A stretch of 64,000 bases of DNA, from NCBI GenBank assembly GCA_964498135.1, contig CAZCGG010000001.1, positions 3,371 to 67,370 of the forward strand, written 5' to 3'. Positions 9,560 through 19,420 of the stretch are shown here, in pieces. The notes beneath the pieces were generated by a model. It was not told where the DNA came from, searched no databases, and saw only the letters and a list, made by a program, of their open reading frames with translations. Position 1 is the first letter of the stretch, and each line of letters opens with the position of its first letter. The DNA is from an uncultured Candidatus Moduliflexus sp. (GTDB taxonomy: Bacteria; Moduliflexota; Moduliflexia; Moduliflexales; Moduliflexaceae). A program made the position numbers and the translations under genes.

Positions 9560-10762
9560 ATGGCGCAGAAAATACTTATTGCCGATGATCAAATTGCTTC
9601 GCGGCGCATGTTCGAAATGGTGCTTTCCCGCGAAGGGTACGATGTCATTTCTGTCAGTTCCGGCGCGGAGGTCTTGGAAACGGCGACGAAAAAACGCCCG
9701 GATATTGCGCTGATTGACGCGGTTATGCCGGGAGTGGACGGCTATCAGGTCTGCGAATCGCTGAAAAAACATCCGAACTTCAAGACGCTGCCGGTCATTT
9801 TGCTCGCCGGAAAATATGAAGCGTTCGATAAAGAACGCGGGGTGAAAATGGTCGGAGAGCAAGCCATTCTGAGCAAACCGGCGACTTCCGGCGACATTCT
9901 TGCCAAAGTGCAGCAACTGCTCGCCGAGCAATCCAGACAGGCGCAGATAGCGAAAGAGATGCCGGCCGCGCAGGCGAAAGTCGTCGAAGAGCCGCCCGTC
10001 GTGCAGGAAGAATACGAATTTGACGAAGATTCCGAAGAAGCTGATTTAGTCGTGGAAAGCGAAATTCTCGAAGAAGGCGAAATTTTCGATGTTGAAGAAG
10101 CGCCGCAGGATACCGAAGATTTCACGATTTCCGAAAATGCCGCGCAAGCGGAAGAAGACCTTGAAGTAGAGGAAGAAATTCTGGAAGAGGCTGATGAAGG
10201 CGAAGAACCGGCGGTCGCCGAAAAACCAGAGGAAACAGAAGAACCCGAAGAAGAAGCAGATATCGAGGAAACGCCGGAGGCGGAGATCGAGGAAGAAATC
10301 GCCGACATCGAAGAGGAAACGCTCCCCGAAGACGAAATGATTATGGAAGAAGAGCCGGAAGCCGAAGAAGAAATCGAAGAAATTGCGGAACTCGGCGAGA
10401 TGCAGGCGGAAGACATCAAGGAAGAAGTCATCGAAGCAACGCCGGCCCCGCAGCCGTTCGTCGCGCCGACAGTGACGATGCAGACCGTCGTGACGCCGCC
10501 CGCCGCGCCAAAAGTTGCGCCGCAGATCGCGCCAAAACCGGCCAAAGTCGAGGCGATGCCAGAAATTTCCGACGAAACACTTGACATGCTGACCGAGCAA
10601 ATCGCACAACGGTTAGCCGGAAAACTTGTCCCGGCGTTAATGCAGGAAATCTCCGCCTATTTACTGCAATTCCCGGCGGTCACTGCCATCGTCGAGCAGA
10701 CCAGCAAACGCTTGGTGAAAGACCTGTTGCCGGAAATTCAACACTCACGAACGAACGCCTGA
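9560..10762 (+). CDS. response regulator: REC domain, ~150-aa polyglutamate/acidic linker, C-terminal domain of unknown function
   Basis: KILIADDQIASRRMFE...ALIDAVMPGVDGY...LSKP canonical REC; residues ~140-300 almost entirely E/D/A/I; last ~100 aa non-acidic, helical, unrecognised. Confidence 0.8.
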   Translation: MAQKILIADDQIASRRMFEMVLSREGYDVISVSSGAEVLETATKKRPDIALIDAVMPGVDGYQVCESLKKHPNFKTLPVILLAGKYEAFDKERGVKMVGEQAILSKPATSGDILAKVQQLLAEQSRQAQIAKEMPAAQAKVVEEPPVVQEEYEFDEDSEEADLVVESEILEEGEIFDVEEAPQDTEDFTISENAAQAEEDLEVEEEILEEADEGEEPAVAEKPEETEEPEEEADIEETPEAEIEEEIADIEEETLPEDEMIMEEEPEAEEEIEEIAELGEMQAEDIKEEVIEATPAPQPFVAPTVTMQTVVTPPAAPKVAPQIAPKPAKVEAMPEISDETLDMLTEQIAQRLAGKLVPALMQEISAYLLQFPAVTAIVEQTSKRLVKDLLPEIQHSRTNA

Positions 10763-10800
10763 ACGATTGCGCGACATGATGAAAGAAGGACGAACGACGT

Positions 10801-13467
10801 ATGAATGACACACGCAGACGATTTATCAGTATTGATCCGCAAACCCTTGCCAAACATTTTGACGCAAAGGAGGCCGAAGAGCGTTGGGATCGCGCATGGC
10901 AGGAGCAGGGCATTTACCGCTACGACCCGACCGCGCCGCGCGAACAAACGTTTGTGGTTGACACGCCGCCGCCGACCGTGTCCGGCTCGCTCCACATGGG
11001 GCATATTTTCAGCTATACGCACACGGATGTCATCGTGCGCTACAAACGCATGCAAGGGCTGAACATTTTCTATCCGATGGGATGGGATGACAACGGGTTG
11101 CCGACGGAACGGCGGGTACAAAATTATTTTCACGTGACCTGCAACCCGAAACTTCCCTATCAGCCCGATTTCCAGAGGGAACATGCTGGCGCGAAATCGC
11201 GCGAACATCACCCGTTAGAACTCTCGCGGAAAAATTTCATCGAACTCTGCCAGCAGTTGACGAAAGAAGATGAAAAGGCGTTCATGGAATTGTGGCGGCG
11301 GGTCGGCTTGTCCGTAGATTGGAGCGAGGAATACGCCACGATTGGCGATCACGCCCGACATATCGCGCAACTCAGCTTTTTGGATTTGTACGAAAAAGGA
11401 CATATTTATCATCACGAAGCGCCGACGATGTGGGATATTCATTTCCAAACGGCGGTCGCGCAGGCCGAACTTGAGGATCGCCCGGTCAACGGGGCGTTTT
11501 ACCGGGTCGCGTTCGGCGTCGAAGGACAAGACCGGTCATTCGTGATTGCGACGACGCGCCCGGAATTATTAGCGGCCTGCGTCGGCGTGACCGCGCATCC
11601 TGATGACAGCCGCTACAAAGATTTATTCGGCAAACGCGCCGTCACGCCGTTGTTCCGCGTGCCTGTGCCGATTTTCCCCAGCGAACTCGCTGACCCGGAA
11701 AAAGGCACCGGCATTCTGATGGTCTGCACGTTCGGCGATCAAACTGACGTGCGCTGGTGGAAAGAGCAAAAGCTGCAACTCCGGCAAGTTCTCGGCATGG
11801 ACGGGCATTTTCTGCCGATCACCTATGGCGCGGCAGGCTGGGAAAGCCTGAATCCCGAAGCTGCGAATGTGTACTATGCCCAATTAGTCGGCAAAAATGT
11901 CAAGGCCGCGCATAAAATCATGGACGAGATGCTGCGCGATCCGAATGGCGCGGCGACGAACGCGACGCAGGGCGCGCCGCTGCAAGGCGAACCGCAGCCG
12001 TTGACACATGATGTCAAATTTTACGAAAAAGGCGAGACGCCGCTCGAATTCATCACAACGCGCCAATGGTTCGTCCGCCTGCTCGATAAAAAAGACATGT
12101 TGCTGGAGAAGGGCAACCGCATCCAATGGCATCCCGATTACATGCGGCTGCGCTACGCGAACTGGACGGAAAACCTGCAATTCGATTGGTGCATCAGCCG
12201 CCAGCGTTATTTTGGCATTTCGTTTCCGGTCTGGTATCCGGTCAACGCCGACGGGCAGGCCGATTACGCGCATCCGATTTTGGCCGACCGCTCGCAGCTG
12301 CCGGTTGATCCAATGGTGGACGTTCCGCCGTCTTATGCGCCGGAACAGCGCGACATGCAGGGCGGATTCACCGGCGAAGCGGATGTATTCGACACCTGGT
12401 TTACCAGCTCGATGTCGCCGCAAATCGGCTCGCATTGGGAAAAAAATCTGGCGCGCCACAAAGCATTATTTCCGATGGATATTCGCCCGCAGGCGCATGA
12501 CATTATCCGTACGTGGGCGTTTTACACGATTGCGAAAGCGGCGCTACACGAAGACGTGATTCCGTGGAAGCACGTCCTGCTGTCCGGCTGGATTCTCGAT
12601 CCGGATCGCAAAAAAATGTCGAAAAGCAAGGGAAACGTCGTCACGCCGATGCAATTCGTCGAAGATTTTTCGGCGGACAGCGTGCGCTATTGGGCATCCA
12701 ATGCGCGGCTCGGCACGGATACCGCGTTTGATCAAGGCATGTTCAAAATCGGCAAGCGCCTTGTGACAAAATTATTTAACGCGGGCAAATTCGTCTTGAT
12801 GAACGAAGCGGAAGTTATGCCGATAACCGAAGAGCTTGACCGTGCCTTCGCGCAGAAACTCGCGCAGCTTGTCCAAAAAGCGACCACCGCGCTTGAGGAA
12901 TTTGATTTTGCGACCGCGCTTTCGGAAACGGAAAAATTCTTCTGGCAGCATTTTACCGATAATTATCTTGAGCTTGCCAAAAACCGCGCAAAGGGGGCAG
13001 ACGGCATCAGCGAAGCGGCGCAAAGCTCGGCGGTGGCGGGGCTGCGGTTAGGGTTGAGTGTGTTGCTGCGCCTGTTTGCGCCGATGCTGCCGTACATTAC
13101 GGAAGAAATCTGGTCATGGGCGTTTGCGGCGGAAACCGGCTGCCCATCCATTCATAAAGCCGCATGGCCGGGCGCGGCTGATTTTCAGGGCATTGACGCG
13201 CCGCAAGCCGCCGATAGTTTCGATGTCGCCGTCGCTTGCATCACGGAGTTGCGCAAATATAAAACCGAGCATGGGCTTTCGATGGTGCGGGAGTTGGAGC
13301 ATGTCACGCTAGCCGGGCATCCGAATACGCTGGCAATCAGCCAGCGCGTTCTCGGCGACGTGCTGGCCGCGATTCATGTCAACGCTTACGCGCTTGAACC
13401 GGATCCGGCGATGTCAGAAAATACGTTTGTCGTGCGAGACGCGGCAATCGCGCCACAGCCAGAATAA
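10801..13467 (+). CDS. valS: valyl-tRNA synthetase (class I aaRS, short type)
   Basis: 888 aa; PPPTVSGSLHMGH (HIGH motif region) and KMSKSKGNVV (KMSKS); ValRS-like N-terminus. Confidence 0.75.
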   Translation: MNDTRRRFISIDPQTLAKHFDAKEAEERWDRAWQEQGIYRYDPTAPREQTFVVDTPPPTVSGSLHMGHIFSYTHTDVIVRYKRMQGLNIFYPMGWDDNGLPTERRVQNYFHVTCNPKLPYQPDFQREHAGAKSREHHPLELSRKNFIELCQQLTKEDEKAFMELWRRVGLSVDWSEEYATIGDHARHIAQLSFLDLYEKGHIYHHEAPTMWDIHFQTAVAQAELEDRPVNGAFYRVAFGVEGQDRSFVIATTRPELLAACVGVTAHPDDSRYKDLFGKRAVTPLFRVPVPIFPSELADPEKGTGILMVCTFGDQTDVRWWKEQKLQLRQVLGMDGHFLPITYGAAGWESLNPEAANVYYAQLVGKNVKAAHKIMDEMLRDPNGAATNATQGAPLQGEPQPLTHDVKFYEKGETPLEFITTRQWFVRLLDKKDMLLEKGNRIQWHPDYMRLRYANWTENLQFDWCISRQRYFGISFPVWYPVNADGQADYAHPILADRSQLPVDPMVDVPPSYAPEQRDMQGGFTGEADVFDTWFTSSMSPQIGSHWEKNLARHKALFPMDIRPQAHDIIRTWAFYTIAKAALHEDVIPWKHVLLSGWILDPDRKKMSKSKGNVVTPMQFVEDFSADSVRYWASNARLGTDTAFDQGMFKIGKRLVTKLFNAGKFVLMNEAEVMPITEELDRAFAQKLAQLVQKATTALEEFDFATALSETEKFFWQHFTDNYLELAKNRAKGADGISEAAQSSAVAGLRLGLSVLLRLFAPMLPYITEEIWSWAFAAETGCPSIHKAAWPGAADFQGIDAPQAADSFDVAVACITELRKYKTEHGLSMVRELEHVTLAGHPNTLAISQRVLGDVLAAIHVNAYALEPDPAMSENTFVVRDAAIAPQPE

Positions 13468-13779
13468 ATCCGAAACTGCCCGATGGTTTCCTCAGATGCC
13501 ATCGGGCGATCTTAACGACGCAAAACAAACAAAAGTTTGTCATACAAAAATAGTCATAATTATTTACTATTGTTTATAATTATTAAAAACCGGCGCCGAT
13601 TTTAAAAATCCAATAACATCCTCCGTGAAAATGGGGCGCGATTCAACCTCTCGATGCGCGCCGTGTCAAAATAAAAGAGGAACAGCAGGATTCAAACACG
13701 AAAAAGCAACGGAATGACGTTGTCTTTTTTTATGCGGCTGAAATTGTCAACCTGCCGAGAATAAGGTGAAAACGAACTT

Positions 13780-14808
13780 ATGTCCGCGAAAGCTTCGGGA
13801 AAAAAATTTATGCTGTCGAATGCCAATTTAAGTATCAACGCCAAAATTCTTGATGTGCTACGCTCAAAATCGCACAATTATATTTCGGGCGAGCAACTCA
13901 GCCGTGAATTGAACATGTCGCGCACAGCGATTTGGAAGCACGTCAACGCGCTGCGAGATTTGGGGTATCGCGTTGAAGCGATTACGTCGGTTGGATATAA
14001 ACTCCTCTCCTCGCCGTCCCTGCTACTGCCGTTGGAAATCAAGAACGGCCTGCGCACCAAGTTCATCGGTCAAGAAGTGCACTGGGAATACGAAGTCGGC
14101 TCAACGAATACCGTCGCGTTGCAATTAGCGGAGCAAGGCGAGCCGGAAGGCACGGTCGTTGTCAGCGAATCTCAGCGTCAGGGGCGCGGGCGCATGGGGC
14201 GCACGTGGATTTCTCAGCCCGAAAGCGGCATTTACCTTTCCATAATTCTCCGCCCCCATTTCGTGCCAATGAAAGCCGTCTGCGTCACGTTTATCGCCGC
14301 GATTGCCGTTGTAGAAGCGATTGAGCGGCTATTCGGCCTGCGCGCGCAAATTAAATGGCCGAACGACGTGATGATTCACGGAAAAAAGATGGCCGGGATT
14401 TTGACGGAACTGCGCGCCGAAATGGAAGGGATTCATTACATGATTGTCGGCATGGGCGTGAACGTCAATACCACGCGCTTTCCCAAAGAACTTCAGTCAA
14501 AAGTGACCTCGTTGAACGTGGAATTGAAAGAAAAAATTTCGCGCGTGAAGCTTGCGCAAGCGATTTTGGAAAGCTTGGAACAGTGGTATCTCATCACGCA
14601 GAGCGAGGGTGGCGTGGAACGGGCGTTTGACCAGTGGCGCGAACTTTCCTGCACGTTAGGCCATCGCGTCGAAATCAATTTAGGCACAGAAATCGTGCAT
14701 GGCCTTGCCACGCATCTCGGCCAGATGGGGTCGCTGTTTGTCACGCTTGATTCCGGCGAAGAACGCGAAATTCTTGCCGGAGATGTCACGATGGTTGAAC
14801 GGGTGTAA
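13780..14808 (+). CDS. birA: bifunctional biotin-[acetyl-CoA-carboxylase] ligase / biotin operon repressor BirA
   Basis: N-terminal wHTH (LSRELNMSRTAIWKHVNALRDLGY); biotin ligase motif GRGRMGRTWISQPESGIYLSIIL and KWPNDV. Confidence 0.85.
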   Translation: MSAKASGKKFMLSNANLSINAKILDVLRSKSHNYISGEQLSRELNMSRTAIWKHVNALRDLGYRVEAITSVGYKLLSSPSLLLPLEIKNGLRTKFIGQEVHWEYEVGSTNTVALQLAEQGEPEGTVVVSESQRQGRGRMGRTWISQPESGIYLSIILRPHFVPMKAVCVTFIAAIAVVEAIERLFGLRAQIKWPNDVMIHGKKMAGILTELRAEMEGIHYMIVGMGVNVNTTRFPKELQSKVTSLNVELKEKISRVKLAQAILESLEQWYLITQSEGGVERAFDQWRELSCTLGHRVEINLGTEIVHGLATHLGQMGSLFVTLDSGEEREILAGDVTMVERV

Positions 14809-14824
14809 TTTTCGGGTTGGCAAT

Positions 14825-15517
14825 ATGGACGCCTCATCATATTTTGAGCAGATCGAACGCTATTTTGTCGCCAAACGTGGCAGCGCGCTGATTTTATCGC
14901 CGAAAGATTGGCCGGTGGTTGCCTCTTGGGAAGAGCGCGGCGTTCCCGTCGAAGTCATTTTTGAAGGGATTGACCGGGCATTTGCGCGTTTTCAAGATAA
15001 ACACGCCGCCGGACAGCATCAAACCGTTTGCACACTGTCGTCCTGCCAATATGATGTGGAAGATGTGTGGAAATCATGGCGCGAAGAGCATCCTGAAGCG
15101 CGCAAACCGGTTGAAGAACATTCTTACGATGCCGAACGCCGCAAGTTTTCGATGAAATTGCAGCATACGATCACCCGCCTGCAATCTTGCTGCGCGGACG
15201 CGCATTACGTTTGCATTCACGACGCGCTCGCGGCAGCCGCCGAGCAATTGCGCGCGCTTGCGGCGCAAATCGAAACGGTTGCGGACGACGAGGAGCTTGC
15301 TGCGCTCGCCGCTTCTATTCACGACATCGAACTCGCGCTGACGACGCATCTTGAATATGCGATCAGCGACGAGCTTCGCCGCGCGTTGCAGGCAAAAGCC
15401 GAAGCGCGCCTCGCGTCGCACAAGCATCAGATGAATGACGCGATTTACCAAGAAACCCTGCGCCTTGCGTTCCTGCAAGAACTCCACAACGCCTATCCCC
15501 TGCCATCATTTGCATGA
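14825..15517 (+). CDS. hypothetical protein (helical, acidic; no recognised domain)
   Basis: ORF track gives 14699..15517, but that start overlaps birA by 110 nt with a basic out-of-frame-looking N-terminus. ATG 14825 just after birA stop is more plausible. Confidence 0.45.
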   Translation: MDASSYFEQIERYFVAKRGSALILSPKDWPVVASWEERGVPVEVIFEGIDRAFARFQDKHAAGQHQTVCTLSSCQYDVEDVWKSWREEHPEARKPVEEHSYDAERRKFSMKLQHTITRLQSCCADAHYVCIHDALAAAAEQLRALAAQIETVADDEELAALAASIHDIELALTTHLEYAISDELRRALQAKAEARLASHKHQMNDAIYQETLRLAFLQELHNAYPLPSFA

Positions 15518-15698
15518 CGCTTTTTCCTGAATTTTCATGCACTTTCCAGTTGACATTCGGTTCTGTAATCCCATATTCTAGTTTTGAATATATGCTCATC
15601 CATCGTCAGCAGCAAGCCAACCAGAATTTGCCCTGCACTCGTTGCGTTTCGTGGATTGACGGTCATGCAACGACGCGCAGGCGCGTGAGGGATGCACC

Positions 15699-16547
15699 GT
15701 GCAAGCTCGTTTCAATGACCAGCACATCAACGCGATAAAAATTGCCACGATCAGCGTTGCGCTTCTCCTGTTATACTATCCGACGTTTCACATGTTTTTG
15801 TATGATTGGAGCAATGACGACAACTATTCTCACGGATTTCTCGTCCCGTTCATTGTCGGCTATCTCGTTTGGCAGAAGCGCGAGCGACTCAAATCACTTC
15901 TTCCTACGCCCTCAATCATCGGTCTGCCGGTCTTGGTCGCCGGTTTAAGCGCCTATCTTATCGGCACAATTGGCGCGGAATGGTTTCTCAAGCGGGCGTC
16001 TCTGCTTATCGTGATTGCGGGCATTATTTTGTATCTGTATGGCACGGAATTTTTCAAACACCTCCTTTTTCCGCTCGCCTTTCTGTTTTTCATGGTGCCG
16101 CTTCCGGCAATTATTTACTCTGCGATGGCGTTTAGGCTGCAATTGTTCGTGTCGGTGATTTCCGCGAAATTGATTGGGATGGCTGGCGTGGCCGTTTTTC
16201 GGGAGGGGAATATTTTGTATGTCTCCAGCGGCCCATTGGCGGTGGAAGAGGCGTGCAGCGGCATGCGTTCGATTATGGCACTGTTGGCGTTAAGCGCGCT
16301 GTTCGCGTATTTGGTGTATGCGTCGCGCCTTAAACAATGGATTCTTGTGATTGCCGCGCTTCCAATTGCCGTCATAACAAACGTGATTCGAGTGACGACA
16401 ACCGGCATTTTAGCACATTACTGGGGGAAAAGCTTTGCTGAAGGGATTTTGCATGAATCGTTTGGCTGGATGGTGTTTGTCATAGCGTTCATGCTGCTTT
16501 TTTTATTAGGAAAAACCTTAGATTGGCTGCTTCCTTCCCGCGTTTAG
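15699..16547 (+). CDS. exosortase/archaeosortase-family transpeptidase (multi-TM)
   Basis: N-terminal W..D..YSHGFLVP motif, active-site Cys in EEACSGMRS, conserved NVIRV Arg, about 8 predicted TM helices. Confidence 0.8.
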   Translation: MQARFNDQHINAIKIATISVALLLLYYPTFHMFLYDWSNDDNYSHGFLVPFIVGYLVWQKRERLKSLLPTPSIIGLPVLVAGLSAYLIGTIGAEWFLKRASLLIVIAGIILYLYGTEFFKHLLFPLAFLFFMVPLPAIIYSAMAFRLQLFVSVISAKLIGMAGVAVFREGNILYVSSGPLAVEEACSGMRSIMALLALSALFAYLVYASRLKQWILVIAALPIAVITNVIRVTTTGILAHYWGKSFAEGILHESFGWMVFVIAFMLLFLLGKTLDWLLPSRV

Positions 16548-16552
16548 AGTAC

Positions 16553-16591
16553 ATAAAAAAACGAGATGACCTGTAAAAAAGGCCATCTCGT
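16553..16591 (-). terminator. rho-independent terminator at end of rplQ operon (also convergent end of exosortase gene)
   Basis: hairpin ACGAGATGACC-loop-GGCCATCTCGT at 16561-16591, followed on the minus strand by the T-tract complementary to 16553-16560. Confidence 0.6.
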
Positions 16592-16628
16592 TCACACCAA
16601 ACAGCACAACCCACCTTATAAAAGCGCG

Positions 16629-16988
16629 TTATTTGCCGTCAACTAATTCAATAATTGCCATTGGCGCGGCATCTCCCTGCCGTTGCCCAAGTTTCAGGAT
16701 ACGAGTATATCCACCCTGCCGGGTTGCCGATTTCGAGGCAATCGTATCAAATAATTGATGGACGACATCTTTGCTTTGAATAAACGCCAACGCTTGTCTG
16801 CGGGCATGAAGGTCACCGCGTTTTCCGAGCGTAACCATTTTTTCCGCAATGCTTTTAATTGCTTTGGCTTTGGGCAATGTTGTCGTAATGCGGCCGTGAC
16901 GCAGCAATTCCGTCACTAAATTTCTAAACAACGCCCTCCGATGACTGTACCGTCTTCCTAATTTTTTTCCGGCTACTCTATGACGCAT
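16629..16988 (-). CDS. rplQ: 50S ribosomal protein L17
   Basis: [24 protein letters not shown]... Confidence 0.95.
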   Translation of the reverse strand: MRHRVAGKKLGRRYSHRRALFRNLVTELLRHGRITTTLPKAKAIKSIAEKMVTLGKRGDLHARRQALAFIQSKDVVHQLFDTIASKSATRQGGYTRILKLGQRQGDAAPMAIIELVDGK

Positions 16989-17041
16989 AATCTTTCACCT
17001 TCTTCTTAACCGTTCAACATTCTATCCGCCATAACTCGCGG

Positions 17042-18073
17042 TTATGATTCGTCGTCATCCTCTTCTTCTTTCGGCCTTGGCGGGAAGTTCTCTAATTTCA
17101 TGCCTAAAGAAAGTCCCATATCTGTCAAAATCGCTTTAATCTCGTTTAATGACTTTTTCCCAAAGTTTCGAGTTTTCAACATTTCAGCATCTGTCTTTTG
17201 CACTAATTCGCCGATGGTACGAATATTCGCGTTTTTCAAGCAATTATTGGAACGCACAGACAATTCCAATTCATCCACGCTACGGAAGAGATGTTCGTTG
17301 ATCAAATCTTCTTCTTCCACTTCGATAACTTCTTCCTCTGGCTCTTCTTCGAATGTAATCAGCCCGGCTAAATGCTGCGCCAGCACTTTTGCGCTCTGTC
17401 CAATAGCTTCCGCCGGGGAAAGACTTCCATCCGTCCAGACTTCCAACGTCAATTTATCAAAATCTATTCTCCGCCCGATACGCGTAGGCTCGACAAAAAA
17501 CGTCACTTCCGTGACCGGACTAAACAGGGCATCTACGAAAAGCATTCCCTCTTCATGTCCGTTCTTTTGGCGAAAGATTTCGGCGGGAAGATACCCTCGC
17601 CCGCTTTCAATGCGTATTTCGGCGTGAAAAGATTTTTTCGGTTTGAGCGTTAAGAGCGGAAGTTCCGAATTCAGAATCCTCAACTTTGCTGCATCAACTT
17701 GAATATCCGATGCTTTCACCACATATTCTTGATCTGAAGAATTTTTCACATCAATGCGAAGCATAACAGGCAAATCAACCCCGTCATTTTCTAATATTTT
17801 ACATCGCAACAATTTAATATTCAACACAACGCTTAATGTGTCTTCGACCACGCCGGGGATTGGAGAAAATTCATCAGGAACACCAGCAATTTTTATTCCC
17901 GTTACGGCTAATCCCCGCAAAGATGAAAGCAATACACGGCGAAGGGAATGTCCTACAGTTATCCCAAAACCTCGCTCAAAAGGTTCGGCAGAAAACTTTC
18001 CGTAGGAGTTTGTCAAGCTCCCGCGATCACATTCTAAATTTTTAGCTTTTTGTATTCCCTTCCAATGTTGCAT
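17042..18073 (-). CDS. rpoA: DNA-directed RNA polymerase alpha subunit
   Basis: 343 aa; alpha NTD/CTD conserved sequence (…VVLNIKLL…; C-terminal …[15 protein letters not shown]…). Confidence 0.95.
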   Translation of the reverse strand: MQHWKGIQKAKNLECDRGSLTNSYGKFSAEPFERGFGITVGHSLRRVLLSSLRGLAVTGIKIAGVPDEFSPIPGVVEDTLSVVLNIKLLRCKILENDGVDLPVMLRIDVKNSSDQEYVVKASDIQVDAAKLRILNSELPLLTLKPKKSFHAEIRIESGRGYLPAEIFRQKNGHEEGMLFVDALFSPVTEVTFFVEPTRIGRRIDFDKLTLEVWTDGSLSPAEAIGQSAKVLAQHLAGLITFEEEPEEEVIEVEEEDLINEHLFRSVDELELSVRSNNCLKNANIRTIGELVQKTDAEMLKTRNFGKKSLNEIKAILTDMGLSLGMKLENFPPRPKEEEDDDES

Positions 18074-18164
18074 GGAACAACGTTACGTCCTTATTGAGGT
18101 TAATCTTCTTTTCTCAGTATCCCCGTATTCAGCATAGCATCTTTCATGGAGAAAACAGCAGAAA

Positions 18165-18201
18165 ACCTGTCTAACAGGAAAGTGATTCCTTTCAGACAGG
18201 T
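18165..18201 (-). other. stem-loop (ACCTGTCT...AGACAGGT) in rpsD-rpoA intergenic region, followed by T-rich run on minus strand; possible attenuator
   Basis: 8-bp perfect inverted repeat at 18165-18172 / 18194-18201; minus-strand downstream TTTTCTGCTGTTTTCTCC. Confidence 0.35.
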
Positions 18202-18214
18202 CATCATTTGCATG

Positions 18215-18841
18215 CTACTTCGAATACAATTCAACGATCAACTGTTCCTGAATTTCCTCACTAATATCCTGACGTTTTGGAAAATCAAGAATCGTGCCTG
18301 CGAAATGTTCACGATCTACAGATAACCATTGAGGGACTGCGCGACGTTCGCTCGATTTCATCGCTTCTTGGATTCTTTTGATCTTTCGGCTTTTTTCCTG
18401 AATCTCTATTTTCTGATTTTTGCCCACTAAAAATGACGGAATATCAACGCGCTTTCCATTCACCATCACATGGCCGTGACGCACGATCTGCCGCGCCTCA
18501 ATCCGAGAGGAAGATAATCCTAAACGGTAAATCACGTTATCCAAACGTCGTTCCAATAAAACAAGCAAATTCTCACCCGTGATCCCGTGTTGCCGCTCGG
18601 CTTTTTGAAAATATCCGCTAAACTGGGCTTCTAATAAGCCATACATTCGTTTAACTTTCTGTTTTTCGCGGAGTTGCGTTCCATAATCAGAACGTTTAGT
18701 CCGTCGTTGTCCATGTTGTCCAGGCGCATAATTTCTACGCTCAATCGCGCATTTCTCCGTATGGCAACGATCACCTTTCAAATATAATTTTACACCTTCG
18801 ACTCGACAGAGCCGACATACTGGACCTGTATAGCGTGCCAA
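18215..18841 (-). CDS. rpsD: 30S ribosomal protein S4
   Basis: LARYTGPVCRLCRVEG... ; TTG start at 18841 preceded by GAGGAGGAAGG. ORF track start 18868 would put the SD inside the gene. Confidence 0.9.
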   Translation of the reverse strand: MARYTGPVCRLCRVEGVKLYLKGDRCHTEKCAIERRNYAPGQHGQRRTKRSDYGTQLREKQKVKRMYGLLEAQFSGYFQKAERQHGITGENLLVLLERRLDNVIYRLGLSSSRIEARQIVRHGHVMVNGKRVDIPSFLVGKNQKIEIQEKSRKIKRIQEAMKSSERRAVPQWLSVDREHFAGTILDFPKRQDISEEIQEQLIVELYSK

Positions 18842-18925
18842 TGACCTTCCTCCTCTTTTTCCTATCACCTTTCGTGAACAAAAGACGATAATTTTCTCTC
18901 TGCCACGATAGTGAGTTTACAGTAA

Positions 18926-19333
18926 TTAGACACGTCGTCTTTTAGGCGGGCGGCATCCATTGTGAGGAATCGGCGTCACATCTTTAATGGCCTTTACCTC
19001 TAAACCGACAGCCTGTAATGCCCGAATTGCGGCTTCTCGCCCTGCTCCCGGGCCTTTTACATACACTTCAATCTGCCGCATGCCTAAATCTATTGCCTTC
19101 TTTCCGCAGTCTCTTGCGGCCATTTGAGCAGCAAACGGAGTATTTTTTCGAGATCCTTTATATCCAACGCTTCCGGCACTTGACCATGAAATCGTATTAC
19201 CATTCACATCCGAAATTGTAATAATCGTATTATTAAATGTGCTTTGGACATGGGCGACTCCTCGGTCAATATTGCCTAAATCTCGCCGTTTTTTCTTTGC
19301 GGTTGTTACTTTCTTTTGTTGCACTTTTGCCAT
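18926..19333 (-). CDS. rpsK: 30S ribosomal protein S11
   Basis: ...[28 protein letters not shown]... Confidence 0.95.
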   Translation of the reverse strand: MAKVQQKKVTTAKKKRRDLGNIDRGVAHVQSTFNNTIITISDVNGNTISWSSAGSVGYKGSRKNTPFAAQMAARDCGKKAIDLGMRQIEVYVKGPGAGREAAIRALQAVGLEVKAIKDVTPIPHNGCRPPKRRRV

Positions 19334-19420
19334 TGCGTTACGTATTCAGGAATGACAAGAGGTATAAAGTTGAATGTTCATGTAACTCTCTTCCTGTCAT
19401 CCTCCGTATGAGTGAACGTC

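Noticed and set aside
9745-10587. 280-aa Ser-rich minus-strand ORF
   Set aside because: Reverse complement of the GAA/GAG-rich polyglutamate linker (TTC/CTC = Ser/Leu/Phe); a mirror artefact of the REC-polyE gene.
19335-19420. Imperfect inverted repeat (GGAATGACAAGAG ... CTCTTCCTGTCATCC) between rpsK and rpsM
   Set aside because: Arms do not pair cleanly; likely just the RBS context.
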